From an uncultured Clostridia bacterium (GTDB lineage Bacteria; Bacillota; Clostridia; Christensenellales; HGM11417), in assembly GCA_944332455.1 (NCBI GenBank), contig CALVJY010000010.1, positions 170 to 64,169 of the forward strand: DNA of 64,000 nt. Direction: 5' to 3'. Below, in pieces: positions 50,601 through 59,323 of this stretch. Both the position numbers and the translations under genes were made by a program. The notes under the pieces are model-generated. The model made no database searches. It was not told the DNA's origin and saw only the letters and a program-made list of their open reading frames with translations. Each line of letters starts with the position of its first letter. Positions within the stretch are counted from its first letter, which is position 1.

Positions 50601-50925
50601 AGCGGTCGTCCGTGGTGTTGACCACGCCGTAGGTCGTGCCCGAAGTGCTGGCCGTCTCGGAGTTCAGGCTGTCCCCGGCGTAGGACCAGTTTCTGGGCGA
50701 GCGGGGGTAGGAGCCGGATTCCGAGGTATCCGTCAGGTCCGTGAAGTGTCCGTTCGTGATCGGCAGCGTGATCTCGGTCTCTTCGGAGTCCGAGGAAGAG
50801 CTGGACGACGAATCTTCATCGCCGGGCTGGCAGGCTGTCGCGAACAGCAGGCAGAGGGCGAGGAAGAGGGAAACCAGGACAAAAATGAGTTTGTCATGCT
50901 TGGTTTTGCTGCGGATGTGTTGCAT
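47659..50925 (-). CDS. Very large acidic lipoprotein with repeated beta-sandwich (CBM-like) domains and a C-terminal TM helix
   Basis: Lipobox 'LFATAC', Ser-rich linker, repeated 'I/V-T-N-G-x-F' and 'Y..S.WVK/R' units, TM 'WAMLTTLILALALLAALVAILV', basic then acidic tail. The start could be 50940. Confidence 0.82.
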   Translation of the reverse strand: MQHIRSKTKHDKLIFVLVSLFLALCLLFATACQPGDEDSSSSSSSDSEETEITLPITNGHFTDLTDTSESGSYPRSPRNWSYAGDSLNSETASTSGTTYGVVNTTDDRFDAYKNNWATDTLSDFNEDKTEEEIVSIPNPRTIFSELADLDPESQEYADKLAELQAAYPDYADILADEEMRDEYILMIVNRSETATRYQSAVLTLPANAYMKISVLVNAFWFDGTDFAAFPEGKGAQISVSGNVDATTTLRNISTYAQTEGTFDPSENWVVYNIYLKGSPSSSQSVYLNLGLGTQGASDTSNYTEGYAFFDQATLSYITPAEYEAAVLDDSGDVQVANYYAARSAQQIIDEVPVEDRHVFDAAESGETLFVYDFTNAADDRTDSFLFTDAQDEGFAIDSINVSDKLLEDYHLNEDVESGLASIDDPMFTDELFDVTKTFTVLDENGDPVEDEDGNEVTEDRKVGTLAERFPFADRNVYYIFNPDYYASRGLSLGTFTAEPYMYYRLSLWVKSSALSTGTLNLRLLDRANNEKYEITGINTTDFNLTGDEEADPLNDSKYADWTQYTFYIYGGIYGGSDLELQLWMGVYDARNLNFSSFPNAGNYLLATNLQLTEITNSDFSSASSGDTVATGTISGEGTLAVTNGNFNNVTGADTYLRDEVGAPANWTKLPGQTGTDENDDPVYAKPGDIVTGVFSVQDMENYSGTLAERIRSLLQNGDNSLGIEAGELFNVNGLDNWDPDWNPNVLMIGTNVPASYGYRSPSLSFSANTYNFVDVWVRAVDITGDASVWVYLTDADGEILNVEGYVATYYTEEDQEVIDGDKTTDDVKYTTAAETGPMQVKVTGAEDGWVRCRFYVAAGAAISYNIEVWAGSKDGSELNQGIVLVDRVVSGTFSDEQSFTDAKEAYESLPEDEQAAQNLFFADTSDYYTDPGTSGDTGTDDDVDDGTDDTTSTPFDWAMLTTLILALALLAALVAILVRRWKKSASERKLRKIANTKTEASYSRNRVRPVRKVIKKTEDGKEVEVEEPVEDEDLPEDAEPEESGEGSEAAEAETQPESETEAETEAEAEAQPEETPSEEGGSDGEQQN

Positions 50926-51126
50926 AGAATGTTCCACCATATCCTTGGATTTTTTGCCCGGAAGGGCAGCTCGCTCACGGCCGGCCCGAAAGGGGCGCTT
51001 CCGCTCCCCGAAGAGCCGGACCGCGATACAATGATACACTGATATATTTTAATATAAATCCGAAAATAAAGCAATCAGATTTGCCGCCTGATTTATAGAT
51101 TTTCAAAAAATTGGCATACTATTTCC

Positions 51127-51483
51127 ATGAATCGCCTTCTTCTCCTGCTTTTCGGGGGGCTGACGGGCCTGGTCAACGGCTTTTTCGGGGGCGGCGGGGG
51201 CATGATCATCGTGCCCGTCCTCCTCCTTTTGAAAAAGCTCCCGGTCAAAAAAGCCCACGCCACCGCCATCCTCGTCATCCTGCCCGTCTGCCTGGTCTCG
51301 GCCTTCTTCTACTTTTCGGCCGAGGGCTTCGACCTTTTGACTACCCTGAACGTGGGCCTGGGGGTGATCGCCGGCGGCCTGCTCGGGTCCCTGCTCTTGA
51401 AAAAGGCCTCCAACAAGCTGATCACGGTGATGTTTGCCGCCGTCATGGCCGCCGCCGGCGTCAAGATGCTCTTCTTTCCCTGA
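51127..51483 (+). CDS. TauE/SafE (TSUP) family half-transporter
   Basis: 'GGLTGLVNGFFGGGGGMIIVP...KKAHATAI'. Confidence 0.88.
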   Translation: MNRLLLLLFGGLTGLVNGFFGGGGGMIIVPVLLLLKKLPVKKAHATAILVILPVCLVSAFFYFSAEGFDLLTTLNVGLGVIAGGLLGSLLLKKASNKLITVMFAAVMAAAGVKMLFFP

Positions 51484-51883
51484 CCGTCCGGAAGGGCCTG
51501 CCTCCCTCTGCCGTCCGGACATTCAGCAGGACTGCCCTCGGAAGGACGTCCTGGGCCATGCCGCCGGGGAAGGCGGAGGAGCCGGACCTTCGGACGCCAA
51601 CGCGGGGCCTTCGGAGACTAAGAACATTCCGTCTGGGCGGAAGGAGCCAAACCTTCGCAGCCCGGCCAGCTTCCGGCCGTACCGGGCAAAGATCGTCGTC
51701 AGGATGCCGCAGGGTTGGGAGCCGGGCCTTTGCGACAGTCTGCCGCCGATCACTGCGGCGGGAGCGCTCGTAGCGGCCTCTCACGCATGGCCCGGAGTGC
51801 CGGACGGTCCGAAACGGGGAAAGCCGCGGCGTTTACATATAGAGTCTGCCCGGCCTTATAGGGGGCGGACCGAGGAGAAAGCC

Positions 51884-52351
51884 ATGTTTTTCTGGTATCT
51901 GCTGTGCGGCCTGCTGGCCGGGGTGCTGGGCGGGATGGGCATGGGCGGCGGCACCGTGCTCATCCCCCTTCTGACCATCTTTCTGGACGTCGGGCAGCGC
52001 ACGGCCCAGGGCATCAACATCCTGACTTTTCTGCCCATGGCGGGGGCGGCGCTTTTCATGCACTTCAAGAACAAGCTGGTGGACACCCGGGGGGTGCTGT
52101 GGCTGATCCTGCCGGCCTGTCTGCTCTCCGCCGCCGGCGCCCTGCTCTCCGGCCTGTTCGACAACGGGCTGCTGCATCGGATCTTCGGGGGCTTCCTCAT
52201 CCTGCTGTCGGCCTTTCAGATCCTCTCGGTCTTCGTGTTCGGGGCCGGCGGGGAAAAAGAGGACGAAGGGGGACGAAAAAAGTTCCCGGAACGGGAAATC
52301 TGCAATCTGCCCGCGAAGAAAAAGAAAATCCGTCCCTTTCAGGGGAAATAA
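51884..52351 (+). CDS. TauE/SafE (TSUP) family half-transporter
   Basis: RBS GAGGAG. 'GLLAGVLGGMGMGGGTVLIP...QRTAQGIN'. Confidence 0.85.
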   Translation: MFFWYLLCGLLAGVLGGMGMGGGTVLIPLLTIFLDVGQRTAQGINILTFLPMAGAALFMHFKNKLVDTRGVLWLILPACLLSAAGALLSGLFDNGLLHRIFGGFLILLSAFQILSVFVFGAGGEKEDEGGRKKFPEREICNLPAKKKKIRPFQGK

Positions 52352-52444
52352 TTTGCAAAACCGTCTCAGATGTGGTATTCTATTAGATAGAAATCGACAG
52401 GCTGCGAAGAGGCGGTTTTTTTCTGCCCTTCGGGCCGGGGAGTT

Positions 52445-53737
52445 TTGGGATTGAACAAATTCACTTTCAGGCGGGGGGTGCATCCGCCCGACCGCAAATC
52501 GCGCTCGGAGGGGGAGGCCGTCCGGGCCATGCCAGCCCCCGGGATCGTCAAGGTCCCCCTTTCCCAGCACATCGGCGCGCCCTGCGAGCCGGTGGTCCGG
52601 GAGGGCGAGACCGTCAGAAAGGGGCAGCTGATCGGGCACACCGACAAAGGGCTGTCGGCCCGGGTGTTCTCGCCGGTCTTCGGCCGGGTGACCGGGACCG
52701 AGGTCATCCAGACCCCCTCGGGGGGCAGAGTCCCCCATCTGGTGATCGAAAACGGGGGAGAGGGGGAGGAGTTCCGCCTGCCCCCCCTCTCCGACCCCGG
52801 CCCGCTGGAGATCGTGGAGCGGGTGCGGGAGGCCGGCATCGTGGGCATGGGGGGCGCCGCCTTCCCCACCCACGCCAAGCTGACCCCGCCCAAGGACAAG
52901 CCCATCGACACCCTGATCGTCAACGGGGCGGAGTGCGAGCCCTACATCACCTGCGACGCCCGGCTCATGGAGGAGCGGGCCGCCGAGGTGTTCGAGGGCG
53001 GCCTCCTGCTCCAGCGGGCGGTCCGGGCCGAACGGCTGGTCTTCGGGGTGGAGGAGAACAAGCCCGAAGCCGTCCGCCTGCTGCGCGAGGCGGGGGCCGA
53101 GGTGGCGGTGTTAAAGACCAAGTACCCCCAGGGGGCCGAAAAACAGCTCATCTACGCCCTGACCGGGCGCAAAGTGCCGGCCGGCGGCCTGCCCATGGAC
53201 GTCGGGGCGGTGGTGGACAACGTGCACACCGCCTGGGCGGTCTTCCGGGCCGTCCGGGAGGGAAAGACCTGCTACGAGCGGGTGATGACGGTCTCGGGCG
53301 GAGCGGTGAGCGCCCAAAATCTGCTGGTGCCCACCGGCGTCAGTTTTGCCGAGGTGCTGGAATTCTGCGGCGGGCTGAAGGCCGAGGCCCTCAAGGTGAT
53401 CTCGGGCGGGCCCATGATGGGCTTTGCCCAGTTCAATCTGGCCGCCCGCACCTCCAAGGCCACCGGGGCCCTGCTCTTTCTGACCGCGGAGGAGCTGAAC
53501 ACCGACAAGGCCGGCCCCTGCATCAATTGCGCCCGCTGCGCCAGGGCCTGTCCCATGCGCCTGATGCCCATGTACATCGACGGATTCACCCTGGCGGGGG
53601 ATCTGCCCGGCGCCAAGCGCTACGGCGCCCTGCACTGCATCGAGTGCGGCTGCTGCGCCTACTCCTGCCCGGCCAAGCGCCCCCTGGTCCAGTCCATCCG
53701 CCTGGCCAAAAAGCTGATCAAGGCCCGCAATATCTGA
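52445..53737 (+). CDS. rnfC: Rnf complex subunit C
   Basis: 'GVHPP..K', 'QHIGAP', 'AGIVGMGGAAFPTH', 'NGAECEPY', 'GGPMMG', two CxxCxxCxxxCP motifs. TTG start at 52445 or 52451. Confidence 0.95.
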   Translation: MGLNKFTFRRGVHPPDRKSRSEGEAVRAMPAPGIVKVPLSQHIGAPCEPVVREGETVRKGQLIGHTDKGLSARVFSPVFGRVTGTEVIQTPSGGRVPHLVIENGGEGEEFRLPPLSDPGPLEIVERVREAGIVGMGGAAFPTHAKLTPPKDKPIDTLIVNGAECEPYITCDARLMEERAAEVFEGGLLLQRAVRAERLVFGVEENKPEAVRLLREAGAEVAVLKTKYPQGAEKQLIYALTGRKVPAGGLPMDVGAVVDNVHTAWAVFRAVREGKTCYERVMTVSGGAVSAQNLLVPTGVSFAEVLEFCGGLKAEALKVISGGPMMGFAQFNLAARTSKATGALLFLTAEELNTDKAGPCINCARCARACPMRLMPMYIDGFTLAGDLPGAKRYGALHCIECGCCAYSCPAKRPLVQSIRLAKKLIKARNI

Positions 53738-53755
53738 AAAAAAGGAGGCCCTTTC

Positions 53756-54763
53756 GTGCCCGAAAGCAAAAAATTTCTGGTCTCATCCTCCCCGCACATC
53801 GCGGCGCCGGGATCGGTCCGGCAGATCATGCTGGAGGTCAGCCTGGCCCTCTTTCCCGCCCTTTTGTGCGGCACCCTGTTCTTCGGGGCCTACGCCCTGT
53901 TCGTGGTGGGGCTGGCGGTGGGGAGCTGTTATCTGTTCGAGCGCCTGTTCAACCTCATCCGCAAAAAAACGGACACCACGGGGGACTTTTCCTTCCTGGT
54001 CACCGGCCTGCTGCTGGGGCTCAATCTGCCGCCCTGGGTGCCCTTCTACGTCCCCATCGCCGGGGGCGCCTTCGCCATGCTGATCGTCAAGATGCTGTTC
54101 GGGGGGCTGGGCAAGAACTTCGCCAATCCCGCGGCCACCGCCCGCATCTTTCTGCTGCTGTGCTGGTCCTCGGCCATGACCACCTTTGTGCAGCCCTTTT
54201 CGGGGGGCTTTTTCGGGGGCTTTTCCACCATGCTGACCGGGCCGGATCCCGGGCTGGACGGGGTGGTCGGGCCCACCCCCCTCGGCGGGGGCGAGGCCGA
54301 CCTTCTGTCCCTGTTTCTGGGCAACGTCGGCGGGTGCATCGGGGAGACCTCGGCCCTGGCCCTGCTGATCGGCGGGATCTGGCTGATCGTCCGCCGGATC
54401 ATCGACTGGAAGATCCCCCTGTTGGTGCTGGCCTCGGCCGCGGTCTCCGTGCTGATCTTCGAACAGGACTTCTCGGCCGTGCTGCCCGCCCTGCTCTCCG
54501 GGGGGCTGATGATCGGCGCCTTCTTCATGGCCACCGACTACGCCACCAGCCCCAATACCCTGTGGGGGACGGTCATCTACGCGGTGTTCATCGGCTTTAT
54601 GACCGTGTTTTTCCGCACCTTTTCCAACTATCCCGAGGGCATGTCCTTCGCCATTTTGCTGGGGAACATCCTGGTCCCCCTGCTGGATAAGTTCCTGATC
54701 CCGCGGCCCTTCGGGGCAAAGGGGCCGGACAGACCCAAGGCGGCCGGGGAGGTCAGAAAATGA
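53756..54763 (+). CDS. rnfD: Rnf complex subunit D
   Basis: 'SSSPHI', 'FGGLGKNFANPA', FMN-site 'GPTPL', 'GCIGETS', 'FFMATDYATSP', 'YPEGMSFAIL'. Confidence 0.95.
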   Translation: MPESKKFLVSSSPHIAAPGSVRQIMLEVSLALFPALLCGTLFFGAYALFVVGLAVGSCYLFERLFNLIRKKTDTTGDFSFLVTGLLLGLNLPPWVPFYVPIAGGAFAMLIVKMLFGGLGKNFANPAATARIFLLLCWSSAMTTFVQPFSGGFFGGFSTMLTGPDPGLDGVVGPTPLGGGEADLLSLFLGNVGGCIGETSALALLIGGIWLIVRRIIDWKIPLLVLASAAVSVLIFEQDFSAVLPALLSGGLMIGAFFMATDYATSPNTLWGTVIYAVFIGFMTVFFRTFSNYPEGMSFAILLGNILVPLLDKFLIPRPFGAKGPDRPKAAGEVRK

Positions 54764-55317
54764 AGAAGGATATGGTCAAATCGGTGGTCGTGCTGACCGC
54801 CATCGCCCTGGTGTCCGGGGTGCTGCTGGGCCTCTTTCACCAGCTCACCGCCCTGACGGCGGACGAGGAGGAGGCCAGGGTCCTGGAAAAGCTGGCCGAA
54901 GTGGTGGAGCTCCGGGATCCCCAGAAAGTGGACCGCAGGGGCGCGGACGACGAGGGCGTCAGCTACTTTTACCGCGACACCGACGCGGCGGGGGAGGAGT
55001 ACTACATTCTGGTGACCGAGGGCGAGGGCGGCTACGGCGGCCCCGTGGAGATGTTCGTGCTGGTGCAGGACGACCGCATCTTCCGCCTGGCCGTCGGGAG
55101 CAACGCGGAGACCCCCTCCAAGCTGGAACAGATCCTCAACGAGAGCTATCTGGCCCAGTACCTGGACAAGGACATCACGGCCATCGGGGAATTCGTGCTG
55201 AACGGCGGGGGGGAGAACGGCGTGGACGCCGTGGTCTCGGTCACCCGCTCGGCCACTGCCGTCAACAACGCGGTGAATGCGGCGGTCCGCTTCTACACCG
55301 CCTGGAAGGAGGCCTGA
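54760..55317 (+). CDS. rnfG: Rnf complex subunit G (FMN-binding)
   Basis: N-terminal TM, 'GGYGGPVEM', 'NAETP', 'VDAVVSVTRSA..V..AV'. Confidence 0.85.
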   Translation: MKKDMVKSVVVLTAIALVSGVLLGLFHQLTALTADEEEARVLEKLAEVVELRDPQKVDRRGADDEGVSYFYRDTDAAGEEYYILVTEGEGGYGGPVEMFVLVQDDRIFRLAVGSNAETPSKLEQILNESYLAQYLDKDITAIGEFVLNGGGENGVDAVVSVTRSATAVNNAVNAAVRFYTAWKEA

Positions 55318-55318
55318 C

Positions 55319-56011
55319 ATGGCGAAAAAAATGAGCCTGAAACAGGTGGCCAAGGCCGGCCTGCTCTCCGAAAACCCGGTCTTCCGGCTGGTGCTGGGGA
55401 CCTGTCCCACCCTGGCGGTGACCACCTCGGCCCTCAACGGCGTCAGCATGGGGCTGGCCACCACCTTCGTGCTGTTCTTCTCCAACCTCATCATCTCGGC
55501 CTTAAAGCACGTCATCCCCGACAAGGTGCGCATTCCCTGCTACATCGTCATCATCGCCACCTTCGTCACCATCGTGGAGATGGTCATGCAGAAGTTCCTG
55601 CCCGATCTTTACGACTCCCTGGGGGTGTTCATCTCCCTGATCGTGGTCAACTGCATCATCTTTGCCCGGGCCGAATCCTTCGCCTCGGCCAATCCCGTGC
55701 TGCTGTCCATGGCCGACGGCCTGTTCATGGGCCTGGGCTTTACCGGCAGCCTGGTGCTGCTGGGCGGCATCCGGGAGATCCTCTCCAACGGGACCTTTTT
55801 CGGCCTAGGCGCCGACCTTTCGGCCTGGTTCCCCAAAATGGAGGTCTTCGGCCTGACCGTGGGGGGCTTTCTGACCTTCGGCCTGGTCATGGCCCTCATC
55901 AACCATCTGGCCGACCGGCGGACCAAAAAGGCCGAAGCCCGCAAAGCCGAGGCCCAGAAAGCCGAGGTGCAGAAAGCCGAGGCCGCCCGGAGCGGGGCAA
56001 AGGAGGGCTGA
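55319..56011 (+). CDS. rnfE: Rnf complex subunit E
   Basis: 'ENPVFRLVLGTCPTLAVT', 'PDKVRIP', 'LIVVNCII..RAE'. Confidence 0.95.
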   Translation: MAKKMSLKQVAKAGLLSENPVFRLVLGTCPTLAVTTSALNGVSMGLATTFVLFFSNLIISALKHVIPDKVRIPCYIVIIATFVTIVEMVMQKFLPDLYDSLGVFISLIVVNCIIFARAESFASANPVLLSMADGLFMGLGFTGSLVLLGGIREILSNGTFFGLGADLSAWFPKMEVFGLTVGGFLTFGLVMALINHLADRRTKKAEARKAEAQKAEVQKAEAARSGAKEG

Positions 56012-56012
56012 G

Positions 56013-56591
56013 ATGGAGACCTTTCTGCTGATCTTCGGGGCCATTCTGGTCAACAACTACGTGCTGGTGCAGTCCATCGGCATCTGTCCTTTCTTGGGCG
56101 TCTCCAAAAAGACGGACACCGCCCTGGGGATGGGCATGGCCGTCATCTTCGTGATGAGCCTGGCCTCCCTGTTCACCTTTTCGGTCTACACCTGGGTGCT
56201 GGTGCCCTTAAAGCTGGAATACCTGCGGACCATCGCCTTCATTCTGATCATCGCCGCCCTGGTGCAGATCGTGGAGATGGTCATCAAGCGCTTCAGCCCC
56301 ACCCTGTACAGCGCCCTGGGGGTCTATCTGCCCCTGATCACCACCAACTGCGCGGTGCTGGCCGTGGCGCTGGCCAACGTGGACGGCTCGGGCTACAACC
56401 TGTTCCAGGCCTTTTTGAACGGCATGTGTTCGGGGATCGGGTTCACGCTGGCCATCGTGCTGATGTCCGGCATCCGGGAAAAGCTGGCCCGCTGCGACAT
56501 TCCTGCCTCGTTCAAGGGCTTTCCCATCACCCTGATCACCGCCGCTCTGATGTCCATGGCTTTCGCGGTGTTTTCGGGGATGACGTTTTAG
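56013..56591 (+). CDS. rnfA: Rnf complex subunit A
   Basis: 'LVNNYVL..GICPFLGVS', 'LGVYLPLITTNCAVL', 'FKGFPITLITAALMSMAF'. Confidence 0.95.
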   Translation: METFLLIFGAILVNNYVLVQSIGICPFLGVSKKTDTALGMGMAVIFVMSLASLFTFSVYTWVLVPLKLEYLRTIAFILIIAALVQIVEMVIKRFSPTLYSALGVYLPLITTNCAVLAVALANVDGSGYNLFQAFLNGMCSGIGFTLAIVLMSGIREKLARCDIPASFKGFPITLITAALMSMAFAVFSGMTF

Positions 56592-56600
56592 CGCTTCGCT

Positions 56601-57145
56601 TCCGGCCAAACGCAAAATTCCGTTTCACGGAATTTTGGCCGGACTTGAGGGGGCGCCGTCGGCGCCGGGAAGGATCGCCCACGCTAGCTGAAAGGAAAAC
56701 CCGGTTGTTTTTCCTGCAACAGGTTTTCTTTCGGCAAAGCTCTGCAACGTTTTTCCCCTCTCAAAACCGCTTCGCGCTTTTGATTCACCCTTTTCCGTCC
56801 GTGGCTTTGCTCACCGCAAAGCCACGATCGTGCAAAACGTCGGCGCATGTCCGCCGTTTTGCGAAGACTTTTTTCCGACCAGGCGCGATTTTTGCTTCGC
56901 AAAAATCGGTCGGACTTGAGGGACAAGGCGGCAGCGCCGCCGGGCCATGCGCCCACGCTGTCAAAAAGGGACCCCCGGTTGTTTTTCCTGCAACAGGTTT
57001 TCTTTCGGCAAAGCTCTGCAACGTTTTTCCCCTCTCAAAACCGCTTCGCGCTTTTGATTCACCCCTTTCCGCCCGGTTTACTCACCGTAAATTTTCGATT
57101 GAGTCCGATGGCGGCGCATGTCCGCCATCGTCACGACAAGATCAA
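56601..57145. repeat. Family B repeat, two related copies
   Basis: CCCGGTTGTTTTTCCTGCAACAGGTTTTCTTTCGGCAAAGCTCTGCAACG...TTTTGATTCACC at ~56700 and ~56973. Homologous to 25074-26032. Confidence 0.88.
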
Positions 57146-57221
57146 AAGCCCGGTGCGGGGACAGGCTTTATAATCAGAAGCAATTTGTTACGGGCTTATC
57201 ATTTCTATTTATGTGGTCTGT

Positions 57222-57581
57222 CCATAACGTGCCGCAAAGCGGCACATATCGAGCGGCACGATAGGGCCGCATATCGAATGGCCGTCAGGCCATATATCGA
57301 GTTTGCCGAAGGCAAACATATCGACATAAATTTATCGCAGGAACAATAATCAATATTCCTGTTTAGTCAGAGTGGGCGTACAGAAAGGTGCCTGTGGCAC
57401 CCCATAACGTGCCGCAAAGCGGCACATATCGAGCGGCACGATAGGGCCGCATATCGAGTGGCCGTCAGGCCATATATCGAGTTTGCCGAAGGCAAACATA
57501 TCGACAAAAATTCATTGCAGGAACAATAATCAATATTCCTGCTTAGTCAGAGTGGGCGTACAGAAAGGTGCCTGTGGCACC
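57222..57581. repeat. 180-bp tandem duplication of the complete family A unit
   Basis: CATAACGTGCCGCAAAGCGGCAC... at 57223 and 57403. Each unit has four hairpins with ATATCGA linkers plus the GCAGGAAC...GAGTGGGCGTA...GGTGCCTGTGGCACC module. Confidence 0.95.
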
Positions 57582-57614
57582 CGGCGCTGCCGCCAATCTG
57601 CAAATGGGTGAGCC

Positions 57615-58460
57615 ATGATGAACGGATTGACAGTAAATCTAGCGGATATTCTGATCCCGACCGGGGTGCTGGCGGCCATTGCGGCCCTCTTTGCGGTGCT
57701 GCTGGTCTTTTTGGGCAAAAAGCTGAGCGTGGCCAAGGACGAGCGGGTGGACGAGATCCTCAAAAATCTGGCCGGGGCCAACTGCGGGGCCTGCGGCTAT
57801 CCGGGCTGCGAGGGCTTTGCCAAGGCGCTGGCCGAGGGCAAGGCCAAGCTGTCCGACTGCGGCGCCACGCCCGCCGAGGGCAAGGCGGCCATTGCGGCCG
57901 TGCTGGGGGTGCAGGCGGAGGACGAAGGCCCCACGGTGGCCGTGGTCTGCTGCAACGGGGGTACGGCCTGCGAGAACAAGTACGAGTACCAGGGCTACGG
58001 GAATTGCGTCACCGCCGAACTGCTGGCGGGGGGGCGGAAGGCCTGCCCGGTGGGCTGCATCGGCCTGGGCAGCTGCACGGACGCCTGCCCGCACTACGCC
58101 ATAGACGTCAACGCGGACGGGGTCTCGCAGGTCCGACGGGAGAAGTGCGTCTCCTGCGGGGCCTGCATCGCGGCCTGTCCCAAAAAGCTGATCCGGCGGA
58201 TCCCCAAGTCCGCCAAGGTCTACGCGGCCTGCTCCAACAACTGCAAGGGCAAGGACGTGCGGGAGGTCTGCCAGCACGGCTGCATCGGCTGCGGCCTCTG
58301 CGAAAAGAACTGTCCGGCGGGCGCCATCACCATGGCCGACAACCTGCCGGTGTTTGACTATGCCAAATGCACGGGGTGCCTGACCTGCGTGGAAAAGTGT
58401 CCCCGGCACTGCATCCACCATGTGGAGGGGGACGAGTACGTCGTCCGCGGAAGCCGATGA
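57615..58460 (+). CDS. rnfB: Rnf complex subunit B (polyferredoxin)
   Basis: N-terminal TM, 'GANCGACGYPGC', 'CPVGCIGLGSC..ACP', further CxxCxxCxxxCP motifs. Confidence 0.93.
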   Translation: MMNGLTVNLADILIPTGVLAAIAALFAVLLVFLGKKLSVAKDERVDEILKNLAGANCGACGYPGCEGFAKALAEGKAKLSDCGATPAEGKAAIAAVLGVQAEDEGPTVAVVCCNGGTACENKYEYQGYGNCVTAELLAGGRKACPVGCIGLGSCTDACPHYAIDVNADGVSQVRREKCVSCGACIAACPKKLIRRIPKSAKVYAACSNNCKGKDVREVCQHGCIGCGLCEKNCPAGAITMADNLPVFDYAKCTGCLTCVEKCPRHCIHHVEGDEYVVRGSR

Positions 58461-59245
58461 AGACCAAAGCTCTGCTGATCGCCGTATTTACCCTGTTTTT
58501 TCTCTGCTTCGGCGGCGTGAGCGTCTTCATGACCGTGCTGGTGGTCCGGGACGGGCAGGGCGCCCGGCTGGCCCAGACCGGCCGGCCGGTGGAGGCGGAG
58601 GCCGTCGGCATGGATTCCTCCCTGACCGTCAACGGCGTGCCCTACTATGCCATCGAGGTGCGCTTCGAGGACGAAAACGGGGTGCATACGGGCTGGACCT
58701 CGGAGTCCTTTACCTACGGCGAGGCCCGGGACGTCCTGGAGGAGGGGCGCATCGAGCTCCGCGTGGACGAGGGGTACAACATGATCGAGGCCGGGTTTTC
58801 GGGCTCGCCCTTCATCCTGATCGCCAAGATCTTTCAGCTGGTCTTCGGGGCGATCGGGCTGGGCTTTTTAGCCGCCATTGTCTGGCAGATCGTCGGGATC
58901 TTCCGCAAAAACAGCGTGATGCGGACGGGAGAGCGGGCCGAGGCCGAACTGATCTCGGCCGCCAGCAACACCCGGGTCAACGGAAAACCTTACTACTATC
59001 TGCGGCTGGGCTTTACCGACCGGGAGGGGGTCTACCGGGAATTCGACACTGCCTCGCTGTTCTCCTTCGAGGAGAAGGAGATCCTGCGGGCGCAGAAGGC
59101 CCTGCCCGTCCGCTACGGCAAAAAGGCGGCGGCGCTGGACCTTGCGGCCCTGAGGGAACAGGGCATTCTGGGGGAGGCCGGCCGCGGCAAAAGGGCGGCA
59201 CAGCTCCCGGAGCGCGGGAAGGCGGAGGACGGGGAAAAAGAGTGA
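58457..59245 (+). CDS. Membrane protein with two OB-like DUF3592-type segments
   Basis: ATGA overlap with the rnfB stop. TM, then 'G.PVEAE.V...VNGVPYY...F.DE.G', TM, then 'GERAEAE...VNGKPYY...F.DREG'. Confidence 0.7.
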   Translation: MKTKALLIAVFTLFFLCFGGVSVFMTVLVVRDGQGARLAQTGRPVEAEAVGMDSSLTVNGVPYYAIEVRFEDENGVHTGWTSESFTYGEARDVLEEGRIELRVDEGYNMIEAGFSGSPFILIAKIFQLVFGAIGLGFLAAIVWQIVGIFRKNSVMRTGERAEAELISAASNTRVNGKPYYYLRLGFTDREGVYREFDTASLFSFEEKEILRAQKALPVRYGKKAAALDLAALREQGILGEAGRGKRAAQLPERGKAEDGEKE

Positions 59246-59278
59246 GAAAAGATCAAAAGGGGAGAAGCACGGAAAGAG

Positions 59279-59305
59279 AAAAACCGCCGAAAACGGCGGT
59301 TTTTT
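59279..59305. terminator. Bidirectional terminator
   Basis: AAAAACCGCC-GAAAAC-GGCGGTTTTT between convergent genes. Confidence 0.8.
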
Positions 59306-59323
59306 GCTTAGAAAGTTGTTTTT

